64,000 bases of DNA from Lama glama (taxonomy: Eukaryota). Shown here in pieces: positions 47,798 to 60,233 of this stretch; positions within the stretch are counted from its first letter, which is position 1; the number at the start of each line of letters is the position of its first letter. A program made the position numbers and the translations under genes. The stretch is taken from the NCBI GenBank assembly GCA_028534125.1, contig CM052838.1:64914001-64978000 (forward strand), in the 5' to 3' direction. Under the pieces are notes generated by a model. The model was not told the DNA's origin, did not search any database, and worked only from the letters and a program-made list of their open reading frames with translations.

Positions 47798-49214
47798 AAC
47801 CCGTGTGTCCTGGGGGCCAGGGGCTGGGGGCTGGCTCTCAGCAAAGCCGGGCAGAAGGAGCACGTGTGTCTGAGTGGTCTGCTGCTGCTCTGCCCTTGGA
47901 AGCTTGAGTCCCGTGAGGAGTAAATTGCTAGGAAGCTCAGGAAGAAGACAAAGGTCTGAAGAAGGTGGAGGGGCAGACAAGGTGACCAGCCTGGAGGGGT
48001 CAGGATAATCCGGGTGCGAGACAGTAAGTGTCTGGACCAGTCCATCTGGTAAACCTGCTGGAGAAAAGAATGACCTTCATGTGCAAAATTTGTTCTCCGT
48101 GAGCTCAGGTGTGCTCCCCTATGGCCGTGTGCTTTCCCACCTGTGTACAAAGCAGCTTTTTAATACTCTCTCCTTAAGTCTTGCCGGTGACTGGCATCAA
48201 ATCCACAAGTACGCAGCCAGCCGTCTCTGCTCCCGAAGCTCCCGGAGAGCTGGGCGGCTTGCTGCCGGGCACGGGCCCGCCTGCACCGGCCTGCTGATGC
48301 CAGCAGCCCCGGCTGGGGGCTCGCCGGCCACTTCTGCTGGGTTGTCGTCTGGCCCCTGTACGACCACCTCTCATTCCCCAAACGATCTGCTCCATTTCAC
48401 CAAGGATGAGGTGCCCTTTTGTGTCTGAAGACCAGTCCCCTGAGAGAAGACAGGACCTGGGGAGCCTCTTCATGCAGCAATGTCTCCCCAGCGGCCCAGG
48501 CAGGAGACCCGGGCACTCCTGAGACTCCTCTTGTCTGAAACGCCTGCAGCGAGACGTGGCTCCTCCGCACCTTCTCAGGCTCAGCTCCCCAAGGCCCCTC
48601 GTCTCTGCCGTTGTCACAGAATCTCACGGAGTCTCCTAGCATCCACACGGTCTTGTCAAGGCTCATAACCTTCTCTCCACGATGTGTCCTCTTCAGAGCT
48701 GACCTCAGCAGAGACAGTCTGACTTTTCAGTCACATTTTTCTCATTAATTTATGACGACAAAATCAAGTTGCATTTTATTGTGACTTTCCAACCTGCCTG
48801 GGCTGTCCTCCCGCCCAGTCTCAGGCCCCGGGACCTGGCCTTCCGGTCTCACCTCTGAATGCGCTCGACGCCTTCCGCATCACCGCCGCGCGGACGAGCT
48901 TGGGGCCCTGCAGCGATCAGCACAAGTTCGCGGTGAGAGGACGGCTTGTCCACATTCTCACACGTAACTATTTTAGCGACAACTCCCTTTTGTCCTGTGA
49001 GGTCGTCTCTTCAGATCCTCTGCTCTCTTAGGGATAAAATTATCAGAAGGGAAGTTCAAGGCCACCGCTGGATGGGCAATTCCAGAGTCTAGTAAAACCC
49101 TCGTCACTAGCGACGGCAAAATGGAAGACTGTGCGGCCCTGCGGGGCAACGCGTCGCTCCTGTGCTCAAGCGGCTGTGTGAGGTAAGCAAGCACAGGGGT
49201 AATTCTTACTGAGG

Positions 49215-49485
49215 CACGATTGAAGTACGTCATCATATCAGCTTCAGGTCTGTAACATAAGATTACATATTTGCATATATTGCGAAACGACCGCCACCAT
49301 GAGCCTAGCTAACATCCACCACCGCACACGGTTACGAATGTGCTTTCCTTGGGACGAGGATTCTTTAGGACACATTCCTGGAGCAACTTTCAAACACACA
49401 ATACAGCGTGAGTGCCTGCAGCCACCGCGCTGCGCGTGGCATCCCAGGGCGTATTCAGTTTACAGCTGGAAGCCTGTGCCCATTT
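49215..49485 (-). mobile_element. L1 (L1MA-like) 3' UTR fragment
   Basis: ATATTTGCATATATTGCGAAA...CTAGCTAACATCCA...AGCAACTTTCAAACACACAATACAG...CTGGAAG. Confidence 0.8.
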
Positions 49486-49829
49486 TTAAGCTTTGCAGCT
49501 CTCACTTGTTCTCTTTTTAAATGACTACCGAAACTGAGCTTGATGTTGTGTCCTTTTCCTTAATTTCCTGGAGCTCTTTGCGGTTAAACAAAGAGCAACC
49601 ATGCCCCGCCTCTTCAAAGCGTACCTTGGCACCAGCTCCCCAAATGCCTCGTGAGACAGTCAGCTTTGACTTAAATACATACAAGGCAGTTTCACGTGGT
49701 TTCGCTTTGTTCTCACATCACTACAAAGATTACTCTCAAGGCTCAGGAACCATCCAGGCCAGTTAGCAGTAAAGATCAAATGACCTTAATTTTTGTCAGG
49801 CTGGCATCGTAAGTTTATGCTTTGATGCA

Positions 49830-51225
49830 TCCCTTTTGCCCTCAAAACAGAGCAATAATAGATGAAACATAAAAAGAAGAAAGTAGAAAGCCAGCTCAGG
49901 GCTCAGAAGCAAGATAAATCTTGTGTTGTGAACCGGCAGAAATACTGAGCAGCCAGCAGGGATGAAGCCCTGGGGCTCCTGGGCTCCAGGCACGGGGTCA
50001 GGCGGCTGCAGGAGTTTGGCTTGTACAGACCAAAGAGGACTAAACATACTGCACGGGGGACGCGGCATCAGAGTCAGGTTAGTGCTAAAGCCGGGGTGTG
50101 GAATGGGGCCCCCTCACCGCCCAGCAAGCCTGAACGTAACATCACAGAATGCTGCCTGAGGCCCCAGAGAAGGCCAGCCAAGGTGCAAACAGGCTGGAAG
50201 ACAGACACATCCTTATAACCTGAGCTCAGCAAGACGGCTCCCCAGCGTGGTGATTGGGTCTGTCATAGTCCCAGCATCACCTCGTGACTGAGACCCTGAG
50301 CCTCCCCTTGGAGACATGGCTCCTGACTGAGGACCCAGACGTAACCACGACAGCTAGAAGAGTAAATACAGAGGCAAGAGAAACAGTGAAGCAATAAAAC
50401 CAGTCAAACAGAAAGCTTCCCTTCCAAACCCAAACCCAGATCACGTTAGAAATGTAAAGGCTTAGAAATAAAGCCCCCAAATCAATAATTGCCCCATGAT
50501 TTACTCCAGATGATAAATCCTTCTACAAAATGCTGGAAAGTACTTTAAAATAATTTTATTTAAGGTGCTTAAAGGCTAAATGAAGATAAAGAATGTTCAC
50601 TCAAAATTAATTAATTTTTAAATTAAATCAGAAAGAAGTAAAACAAAAAAAATTAAGTATAAAAATGAACCAATAATAAATCTTGGAAATGAATAATATA
50701 GGCAATTAAATTGTAATTTCAGTAGATCAGTCTACACTAATCAATTCCACATGAGATACAGTCAAAAGAAATGTAAGACAGAACTTCAGAGTTCAAATAA
50801 AATTCTGCAAAGAAAGATGGATAAATAGGGTTCAACTCTTAAAAGAGATTCTGGAAGGAATTATGTGGCGACAATATATAAAATGCTAACAGCTGCGAGG
50901 TTTCCAGATTTGATGAAAAGTATGGTTCCTTCAAATATGGAGCAGGGAAAAAATAAACCTATATTTAAGCTAATCGTGAAAATGCGGGTCAGGAGTAAAG
51001 AAAATGTCCTTAAAACCACTAGAAAGAAAGGAAAACTGCCTTAAAAATTATTAGATTGAGAATGAATTTCTCATCCTCAACAGTAGATATCAGAGGACAC
51101 TATTGTCCTCAAAAAATCCAGTTAGCAGTAAAGACCAAATGATCTTCATTTTTGTCAGGCTGGCGTCGTAAAAGTAATGGCAACCTGAGATTTCACACCC
51201 AGCTAAAGGGTCATCCGAAATGTGA
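49830..51225 (+). mobile_element. HAL1/old L1 5' region and ORF1 remnant
   Basis: A-rich. TCTTGGAAATGAA, TTTCCAGATTTGATGAAA, ATTAGATTGAGAATGAATTTCTCATC and CAACCTGAGATTTCACACCCAGCTAAA are ORF1 landmarks in the expected order. Confidence 0.7.
51118..51171 (+). repeat. 54-bp dispersed direct duplicate of 49759-49812
   Basis: 50/54 identical with no gaps, by direct comparison. Confidence 0.95.
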
Positions 51226-51480
51226 GTGTATGTTTGAAACTTTCCTCCACATCTTACCGTGGCTCCGCTTGTGGCGAGCTCTCCCTCCCTGTCCCACAGA
51301 CTTCAGGCCAGGTCAGGTGATCTGCTCTGGCCTGTGCAACTTGGGAGGAAGAGAGGGTGTGCCAGTTCCGAGCGGACACCTATAAGAAGCACGGTGCGTC
51401 CTTTTGGGCCTCCTGCGTCCACTGTAAGAGCGCATACCCCAAGAAGCCCGTGTGCCTTCAGCCTGGAGCCAAAGCAGGAG
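51226..51480 (+). mobile_element. MaLR (MLT1H/I/J-like) LTR fragment
   Basis: GGTGATCTGCTCTGGCC...GTGTGCCAGTTCCGAGC...CCTTCAGCCTGG. Confidence 0.65.
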
Positions 51481-52025
51481 GGCTTCATGAGCTGGCGCCA
51501 GCTCGGGCCAGCTTGCAAGCCTGCCAAGTCCGTAGGAATTTTGCGATCCAAGTGTGAAATACAGCCATGATCAGAAACTAGCATATATAACTTATTATTA
51601 AATAAGTCATATTAAAAACAAAGATAGCAAATACCCAAAGCCCATCACTTCCCACTTATTTCTTCGTATTTTACCGTCTGTCTGCCCGCGGGGCTCTGCG
51701 CACCTCCGGCCTCCGCGTGGTGGGCGTGCTGTCACACGCCTCTTTCTGTCCCTGTCAGCGATGCCAGGTTGGTAGCTTCAAATCCGAGAGCAGTCATAGG
51801 GGAGAGTTTACAGCACAGAAGTGGGCGAGTTACAAACCGGGGCTTTATTTATTGTTCTGTTCATTTCCTAGACAACAGAGTGACAGAGGAAAGGTTAATA
51901 GCAGAGACTAAACATGAAAGTATGTTTCATCCGCAGCCGTTACATTTTGAACTGCACAAACATTGCAGAAGTGTTCTTCCAGCATTCAAAACCATTCTCT
52001 CATTCAGCAAAGAAGTTCATCACTT
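51481..52025. mobile_element. MER63-like (hAT-Blackjack) DNA transposon fragment
   Basis: AGGAATTTTGCGA, ATATTAAAAACAAAG, CATCACTTCC, GTTGGTAGCTT, AGCCGTTACATT and TTCAGCAAAGAAG are collinear with the recalled consensus. Confidence 0.7.
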
Positions 52026-55000
52026 TATAGTTTTAAGTTAGAACAAATAATATAAAATTACTAGTGTTTGTTTTTTGACCTTTTTCACAGAAACCAGCAT
52101 AATATGGAGATGTTTTCAAAGTTTTCCTAAAGTTAACTAAGAACACAACATTTCCATTGTAAACATTTCTGTTATGCTGGCTCTCTAAAATGGATTTGAC
52201 ACCTGGACGGCCATGGAAGGTGCATCTCAGACTCGTTCTGTTGGAGGCTCCCTAGGACCACCCAGAGCTGGCTGAGCGTCTGTAGCTGAGATGGGCTGGG
52301 ACCTGACAGCAGAGCTTCTGTTTCCATCAGGGACTCAGAGCCCATCTGAGCTGAGTGTGTCCATGGAGGTGATCCAGCCACCTTCCCATTGGCCCTGGAG
52401 GTCCTCCCTCCTTGGTCCAGAGGGACGAGACCTTCCTAAGAGACTGGCGGAACTTCCACGTGGATGATGTGGATGGCCAAACACCCGCAGTGCCACTGTG
52501 TCACACCTGGGGTTCTTACCACCTGAGGTGCCAGTGTCTTCTTCCTCGATGAACAAATGAATGAGCAAAATGAGGTCAGGAACCACGTCCCACCGTCTGC
52601 ACCTAGAACCAGCTCAGCCTGCAGCGAGCTCGGCCACAGGCCCGGCATCCACACGACGCAGCACTGGGAGTCCAGGTGCCCGGGCGCCGGGGGCGCTAGG
52701 TAGCCAGGGGAGAGAGACTCTCAGCATCAGGCAGGAGCCTCCTCAGGTGAAGAAGAGAAAGGGCAGAGCTCCTGCAAGTGAGTGACCTGCTCACGAAGAC
52801 GGTTCTCTGTGGTCAGCATTTCCCGCAGAACAGGTTGGTGCAGGGAGGAGGCAGAGCGACAGGGGACAGGACGCCCTCATCACCACCACTTCTGGGGAGG
52901 AACGGCTGGCAGCGTGTGCGGGGCTGCCTCGGCCCGGGCCCTGCACTGACAGCTGCGTGCAGCCAGGAGCAGCGGCCTGTGCAGGCGCCGTGCTCTGTTA
53001 CACACACTCTCGCTCGTCACTGCCCACACTGAATGCACGGGTCCCTGTCAAGTCTCACTGCGCGAGCAGTCGTTCAAGGCCAGGGATGTTATTTTCAGAC
53101 CTTCCCAGACTCATCCAGATACAAATATGTAATCGGGAAAAATGCAGTTGAGAGCAGACTCCCCGGGGCAGCTCTCAGCATCGGGCAGGTGGAGGCTCTG
53201 AGCTTTGAGCTCTGAGGTATGAGGCTCTCGGGGAATTTGCTGGGGTGCCTCTCACACCGGTTCTATGAGGCCACCGGGAAACCTTTCGTTGCTGGAAGAC
53301 AGGCAGGTGGCTGCCGGGGCCCGTGCTGCACAGGGCACCTTTGGATGGGGGTGAAAGGAGGATGGGCCCCCTCAGAGGAAGAGGAGAGGCTTGGAGAACA
53401 GAGAGCCTGGGCTTCAGGACACCTGCTGTGCGGCTGGTGGGGGAGGGACTCACTGTCCCTGGTCAAGCTTGACTGGTCCACCACTCAGCTCCCTCCCTCC
53501 TCCAGCAGGTTGTTAGATTTCAACGGCCCAGAAGCCCTTCACTTCCATCCAAGGTGAGGCACCCGGAGCCGCCTCAGAGCAGGTCTCGCTGCCTCTGGAG
53601 CTCTGTGGTCCTGCCAGGGCCCTTGGTGCACCCCCGTACTCTGCGTAGCTCCTGGGCTGCGGGGATCCGTGGACACGGCTCCCGAAGCACCCTGTGCAGG
53701 GGCACTGAGGGGAATCAGGCAGGACCTGCAAACGGAGTCCTCGGGGCCGAGTTCCCTGATGGAGCTGACGTTAGTTTCCATCTAATTTCTCAGCCCGTTT
53801 CTTTTTTATGATCAGAGCTTTCTTTTGCAGAAAAAAATAATACATTTGGAAACGCCAATGGGAGAAAAGGAGCCAGTGGGAGGACACGTGGTGCCCAGAC
53901 AGATCCTGTGCGGACAGACAGGCCCTGGCTCTGTGGGGACAGAGTGTCTCCAACAGGGCCCAGCGTGTCTGCTCGCGGGTGTGCTCTGCAGCTGCAACTC
54001 AAAAGACGGGTTTGACAGGAGCTGTGCTTAGAAAGCTCGTGCCATCGTGCTCACTACATAAAACTAATTTCGGCTGACTGCAGCGCTAATAACTCCCGCG
54101 GTTAAGAGCCTGCAGAATTCATCTTCATGTTTCCACCAGCGGAGAAAGGGCTGACCCTCAGGATGGTGTGGGTTTGGGCATCAGCGTGGCTGGCATTCCG
54201 CTCTCCATTTCTCCGGAGACGCTGGAGTACTTCCCTTCTCTCTCCTCCCCTTGCCAGGCTGAGAGCCAGGGCCCAGCCGGACGGAGTTCCCAGGTCACAC
54301 CTTGTGACAGTGGCTGTGTCCGGGGACATGTGCAGATCATCGTCTTACTGGCCACTCCCGAGGGACAGAGTGCGGGACGCGGGTGGAGCCCAGGCTCTGA
54401 CACAGCCCACGGGTCCCGGGCTGGTCCAGCGTTCATCGGTTCAGGCGCTGCCTGGTGTGTGCGGGTGACAGTGGTGACCGCAGAACCTCGACCCGAGGGA
54501 CCCTCCATGGGCCCTGAGTGGACGCGAAAGAAAACCTGCTTGTGGTTTGCTTCCCGCTCTCCGCCCAGCCCACCAGGTTGCCGACGCAGCCAACTCCAGT
54601 CACCCGGAAGCATTCGGTGCAGAATCCCTCACTTCAGTGTTTGGGGGCAGCAAAGCTTGGTCACAAAGTCTGTAGAAGCAAGTGGAATGGAAAGCAGAGC
54701 AAACAAGTAGACCCCTTTGTCATTGTCACGGACACAAGTGTCGGAAGAGAGAGTTGATTTTGTTTCTCTAATCCCTCATTTTGCAGATGATAATGGGATG
54801 CGAGGAATTAGCCCCGGGGACCGTGGGCCCGTCTGTTGTATCGGAGCAGGAACCGGCTCTGACAACAGTCCCGAAGCCTCCCTCTTCGAGCATCACCTCG
54901 CCAGGCCCTGCCCTCGGGTTGGCCCCCTGGCGGCTCCGGGTCCCCTTTTACGGGAGGGCAGCGACACGGCCGAGGTGCCAGACCCGATGGGCAGCCCCGC

Positions 55001-56264
55001 CTCGGCCTCTCGGCCCCCTTCTCGCAGCAGGAGCTGTGTCTCCTCTAAGACGTCCCACGCTCTTGGTTTGTCTCTCCCCTGCCCCACGCCTCCCGCGCAA
55101 ACCCTCCCCAGGGCTTTCTTCCCAACCTGAGCCTCCAAGATGGAGGCTCCGGGGGAGGGGGCCTTTCTCCTCGCTCTGCACTCTCCCTGCTCCCCTCAGG
55201 CCGCATTGTCCCTAGACTCCGCCTGCAGGACGCTGGGCCCAGGGCTTCCGTGTCCCCCGCACCGCTCTTCTGAGCGCTACGCAGTTCCAGCATCCCCACT
55301 CTGAAATGCCGCGGAGACATTTAAATAAAGTGCCCCAAAATAGTCTCTTGGCACTTTTCTTCAAACCTCTTCCTCCTCCATTATTTACATTTCACTTAAC
55401 ACTCAGCGAATATTGCTGGAAGGCCTGCCATCACCTGCTCTGGGCGCGCGGGGCACAGGAATGATGCACAGGCCAGGCCCCTGCCCCGGGGGAGCTGCCT
55501 TCTCAGTAAAGGGCCACCACCCACGAGGCCCCTGTCGCCCGCACGCCCTCCTCCTCCCGCCCCAGCCAGCGCAGCCCCGCGGGATGCGTCTCCACGCTGC
55601 CCCCCCCCGCCCGACCCCGCTCCTCCTCCACGCCTGACGCAGTCTGTGTCGGCAGTGCCTCTCCGTTCCACCCCCCACCTCTCCTGGGCTTCCCAACGTG
55701 CTTGTGCCTGACGCCGCTCCTCAAGTGGCGGTTCGCCGTCCGTCTTTAGGACGTTGCAGCGTCCATCCTCTTACCTTGCTTCCCGGTCCCGCTCCCTCAC
55801 CCCACCCCTCCCAGAGGGCGCCACAGGTCATCCCGGAAGGCCTCCTAAATGGACTTTAACACAGTGGTTCCCACTGACCAGCCTGCTGGAAGGTGCCAGT
55901 GCTGGGGTGAACAGGGATGTGGTAAAGGTGCGTCACATGATGACAGACAAGGGTGGACGCCAGGGACACAGACCACCATGAATAGCAGGAGGCTGTTTGA
56001 GATGGAGGATAAATATCGACGCAGAAGTTCAGAGTGAATACAGTCACAGGCCTGTGACGCTCCGGCATCCCAGGGGCCAGTGCAGATGGAGCGCTTCCTG
56101 CGCCGAAGGAAGCAGGAACCTGTCGCCTGCAGGAGAAAGGAAAGCTGCCGCCGCGTCTCCGTCGCCACTGGCGCCGAGCCCACGGCCACCGGCATCCCCT
56201 CTTCTGCTTCTAGGCTGTGGGCCCGACTCTGCAGGCAAGTGGGCATTGATGTCTGTAATTACGT

Positions 56265-56500
56265 AGGGGAGCAGTGTGCGCAGAGTCTGGAAGCACGGCT
56301 CTCAAGTCTGACCACCTGGGCTTAAACCACAGCTCTCTGCGTGGAGTCGTGTGGCTGCGGGCAAACTCTTACTGCTGTCGGTCCCTATTCCCTCATGAGG
56401 AGGAGCAAAGGCAAAACTTTCATCTTGGGGTCACCGGGACGATTACATAAAACAACACGGGGAGCATCGCACAGGCCCCGCCCCGCAGGTGGCAGAGCTT
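56265..56500 (+). mobile_element. MIR SINE, near full length
   Basis: AGCACGGCTCTCAAGTCTGACCACCTGGGCTTAAACCACAGCTCT...GGGCAAACTCTTA...TTCCCTCAT...GATTACATAA. Confidence 0.65.
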
Positions 56501-57372
56501 GTCTCTCCCGGAATCTGACAGCTGCTTGGGCTGTTCTTCCCCAAGGAGGCGGCTGTAACCCATGACGTTGAGCTAAGCCACATTCGAATACACCCAAGCT
56601 TTGATGTACGGCCAACCGGCAGATGGGAACAGGGAGAAGGGTTCTGGCTGAGCCGCCCGCATCGCTAACTGGGAGCTAGAGCACACACTCCTCCTGATTA
56701 TGCAGAATAAATGATCAGATCAATCAAGACTGTGAGTCTGAGGTTTATTCTAATCCCCTGGTGACTTCAGCGAGCGCTGAGCAGGCTGGGCCCCTGCGCG
56801 AGAAGCGCTCTGCTCTGCGCAGGTCGCCCCCGCAGCTCTGCTGTCTGCCCGTGTTCAGAGGGTAAGCGTGTATTGAAGACAGTGCCTGCGAGGTCACGCT
56901 CGTGGACCCCTGCTATGTCCTGGGCCCTGGGCTCAACCCCTGGTGGCTTTTCCAGCTTGTTCTCAACACAACCTACCGGTAGATCCTGTGGCCGGGCGTG
57001 GTGTGCTGGACCCTGACTGCTGGGCTGAGGGCGGTGGGTTTGTTGACAGGCGGTGGGCTCTCTGAAGAGGTCACACGTGTGACCAAGTGTGTCCCGGAAG
57101 TGCCTGGTGGCAGTAAAACGCCAGTGGTCAATGCGTGTCCTGGAGAGTAAGTTGAATTTCCCTCCTCCCTCCTCTTGCCTGCTTGTTCTAGAAGCTCACA
57201 GTTGCGGTAAATGCCGAGTCAAACCCCTGCCTTCGTGTGTCACTGTGCGTTCACAGAGACAAAGCCGCGCGTGAGTCCCCGGGTAACTCATTTACTTTAT
57301 GTCTCTAAACAGTCAAGTAAAACCCGCATTTTAAGCAGCATCCACAACAAGCGCAGAGGTTTTCTTCCTAAA

Positions 57373-58778
57373 GGAAAAGGCTGCCATTTCCCCACTGCGT
57401 GCTCTCGGGTCACTTGTCGAAGCCCTGCCTGCGTGAGTGGGTTTACTTGCGGGCTGTCCGTCCTGTTCCATTGGTCTGTGTGCCTGTGTTCATGCTGGCA
57501 CCATGCTGCTTTGGTCTCTCCAACAAATGATGCTGGGGAAACCAGATATCCACATGCAAAAGAATGAAGCCGGACACTTCCGCTGCGTCACACACGGACG
57601 TCAGCTCACGGCTGTGAAAGCCTTAAACACATGGCCGTGATCGCAAGCCTCTGTGGAGAAAAGGCAGGAGAAAGGCTCCCTGACGTCCCGAAGGTCTCAG
57701 CAGTGACCGCGCAGGGAGGACACCAGGAGCACAGGCACCACAAGCAAGAAGCAGGCAAGCGGGCCCAGACCGAAGTAGGAGGCCCCCGGGGAGACGGAAG
57801 CAAAGGAAACGCAGCACAGAACGACAAGGCGACCTGCAAACTGGGGGGAGCGGCTGCAGGCGACACGCGATAAGGGGTTAACGTCCAAATTATATCAAGA
57901 GCCTTACAACTTAATTGCAGTAGCACACACAGCCCAAATAGAAATGGACCAAGGACTTGGATAGACATTTAGCCAAAGAAATGCAGGTGGCCGAAAGGTG
58001 TATGAGAAAGTGCTCGGCGTCACTAATCCTCAGGGAAAGGCAAAGTGAAACAACAGCGAGACACCCCCTCCCACCTGTTTGGATGGCTGCCGTCCAAAGG
58101 GAAGGAAAGGAGCAGGGGCTGGGGAGAAGGCAGAGACATCAGAGCCCGCGTGCCGCCGCTGCGGAAGGCAGTGCGAGGCGCCTCCAGAAACAAAAACTAG
58201 AGCTCTGCCACATGATCCAGCCTCTCCGCTCTGGGTACTGACCCAAAAGAGCTGAAAGCGGGAAAGTCAGAGACACGCACACCCCCGTGTTGATTGCAGC
58301 ATCATTCATAAAGCCAAGATACGGAAACCGTGTAAATGCCAGCAGCGAATGGATTAAGGAAATGCGGTGTATGTGTGTGCACGTGTGCGTGCACACACAC
58401 ACACAGACACACACGCACACGCGCGCACACACAGAGTGGAATATTATTCAGCCTTTAAAAAGGAAGGACCTCCTGCATTGTGTGATGACATGGGTGAAGT
58501 TGGAGGATATTATGTGAGAAGTCAGACACAGAGGATCAATACTACATGGTTCACTGACACGTGGAATCTAGAAAAGAACTCATGGAAACAGAGCAGAAGA
58601 GGGGTTCCCAGGGGCTGGGGGAAGAAGGAGGGTGGGGATGCTGTTCAGTGAGTCTCAGGTTTCAGTGCAGCAAGACAAGTGTGTCTCAGAGGCAACGCCA
58701 TGACTGCGGGCGCGGCTCCGGCTCTTACATGGAAGAGCCCGCTGAGAGGCCCGTCTCGTGGTGAGAGCTCTCACCACA
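57373..58778 (+). mobile_element. 5'-inverted L1 (L1MA/L1MB-type 3' end)
   Basis: Antisense ORF2 (to about 57512; CTGTTCCATTGGTCT) abuts sense ORF2 (CAACAAATGATGCTGGGGAAACCAGATATCCACATGCAAAAGAATGAA) running through to the 3' UTR. Confidence 0.85.
58367..58433. repeat. (TG)n/(CA)n/(CG)n alternating purine-pyrimidine tract inside L1
   Basis: Direct observation. Confidence 0.9.
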
Positions 58779-60095
58779 GGGAAGAGCGGTCGTGGAGAAG
58801 CTCTCTAGCAGCCACGTCTGGCCTGAGCACCAGCAAGTGGAGAGCAGGGTGAGGGCTGAGTGGGACCCCGTCTGTCAAGGATGCGGGGCGGCAGCCTTCA
58901 GTCACAAGGATCCTCAAACAGAGACGGGGCCCATGTGGCGATGCCGTCAGCCGTCATCAGGGAAATAAATGAAAGGAAAGACGGTCAGCTCCAGGAGGGA
59001 GTGTGTGCTGAGGCCTGTCTGGGGTGGATCTCCTTGGTGGGGGACACGGGGACGGCTGGGGAGGTGGGAACCTTCAGGGTGCCGAGCATCCGGCTGAGGT
59101 GGGGGCCCGGCAGGAGTGTGGCCATACCCCAGGCTTTGCCACCGGGAGTGCCCTCGGGAAGCTTGGGAAAAGGTAAGTCAGATGGAGCTTCAAGTCCAGA
59201 TTTAGGGAGGAGAGGCCAGTAGAAGGTGGCAGGGGACCCTCTTGCCCGTCTCAGGACTCCCATGATCCTTTGGGTGGTGGTGACAGCAGTGTCTGCGTGA
59301 GGCTGGAGGTCACACTGTCCCAGACAGAGTCCGGCCTCTGAACGGACGTGCCCCTGCCCCTTCTCGCAGGCCAGCCCCTCGGCCGGCGTGCAGCTTCAAG
59401 GCCACCGCCTGGGAGGCTCTCCGGGCTCCCCACCTCCCACACCTTGACTCCACCTCCTGGAGTCGCTTTGCAAGTTACACTTGTTTCGCGATAACCTTCC
59501 CATCTGAACAGCCGGCTTCGTGGGGGCGAGAACTTCAGCCCCGGACGTGAGAAGAAGCAAATTCCCATGTGAGCGAAGGACGGATGGAAGCTGCCATTTT
59601 GCTCACAAACCAGGCTGGTTCCCACGCTGGGAGATTCCTCTCTAACCAGCACTAGTTGTGACAAGAGGTGTGTGTGTTTGTGGCTACAAACTTGCCGTGA
59701 AGGACAGCACAATTCGCTCTAAACTGCCTTCGGAAGGAAAGAAGACATTATTATAATAAAGATGTTGGTTCCCAGTGTGAGTTACTTAGAAAACATAACT
59801 TGCTTGGATTTAGAGGTTTGAATATGTGAGAAAATAAATGTCACCATTTTATGGTCGTATCTTGTCTGAAAGTCTGCTCTCTGATACGCGTGAATGTCAC
59901 TTTCTTGTTAATAACTGTTACAATTTGATTAATTTCCAGACAGTAGTGTATTTTGTCCAAAGTCCATAAATAGTGATTTTTTTTTTGAGAATGAGAGAAA
60001 CTACTGGAGTTTTTTTTTAAATCCAAGTAAATTAAATTCAGTTTTCTCTGCACACTGTTACTTATTCATTTTGAAAAGAGCTAAAATAAACTTAC

Positions 60096-60233
60096 CTGAT
60101 GGAAGGTTTGTATTTATTAAACAAACTTTGGTTTATAAAGTACAAAATTATGCTTAAATACAAAAATGGTTCTATGTTAGTTATCTTGCCATTACTCAGT
60201 GGGAGTGCCCTGAGGTTGTGCAACCTAAAATTT
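60096..60233 (-). other. Candidate spliced exon (129 or 138 nt), host transcript unknown
   Basis: Minus strand: T-run-CCCAG|AAATTTTAG|GTTG acceptors and a CAG|GTAAGT donor. One stop-free frame. Confidence 0.3.

Noticed and set aside
49759-51171. 54-bp repeats as a TSD, LTR pair or CRISPR repeats
   Set aside because: Only two copies, far too long for an L1 TSD, no TG...CA ends, and the second copy lies inside the element.
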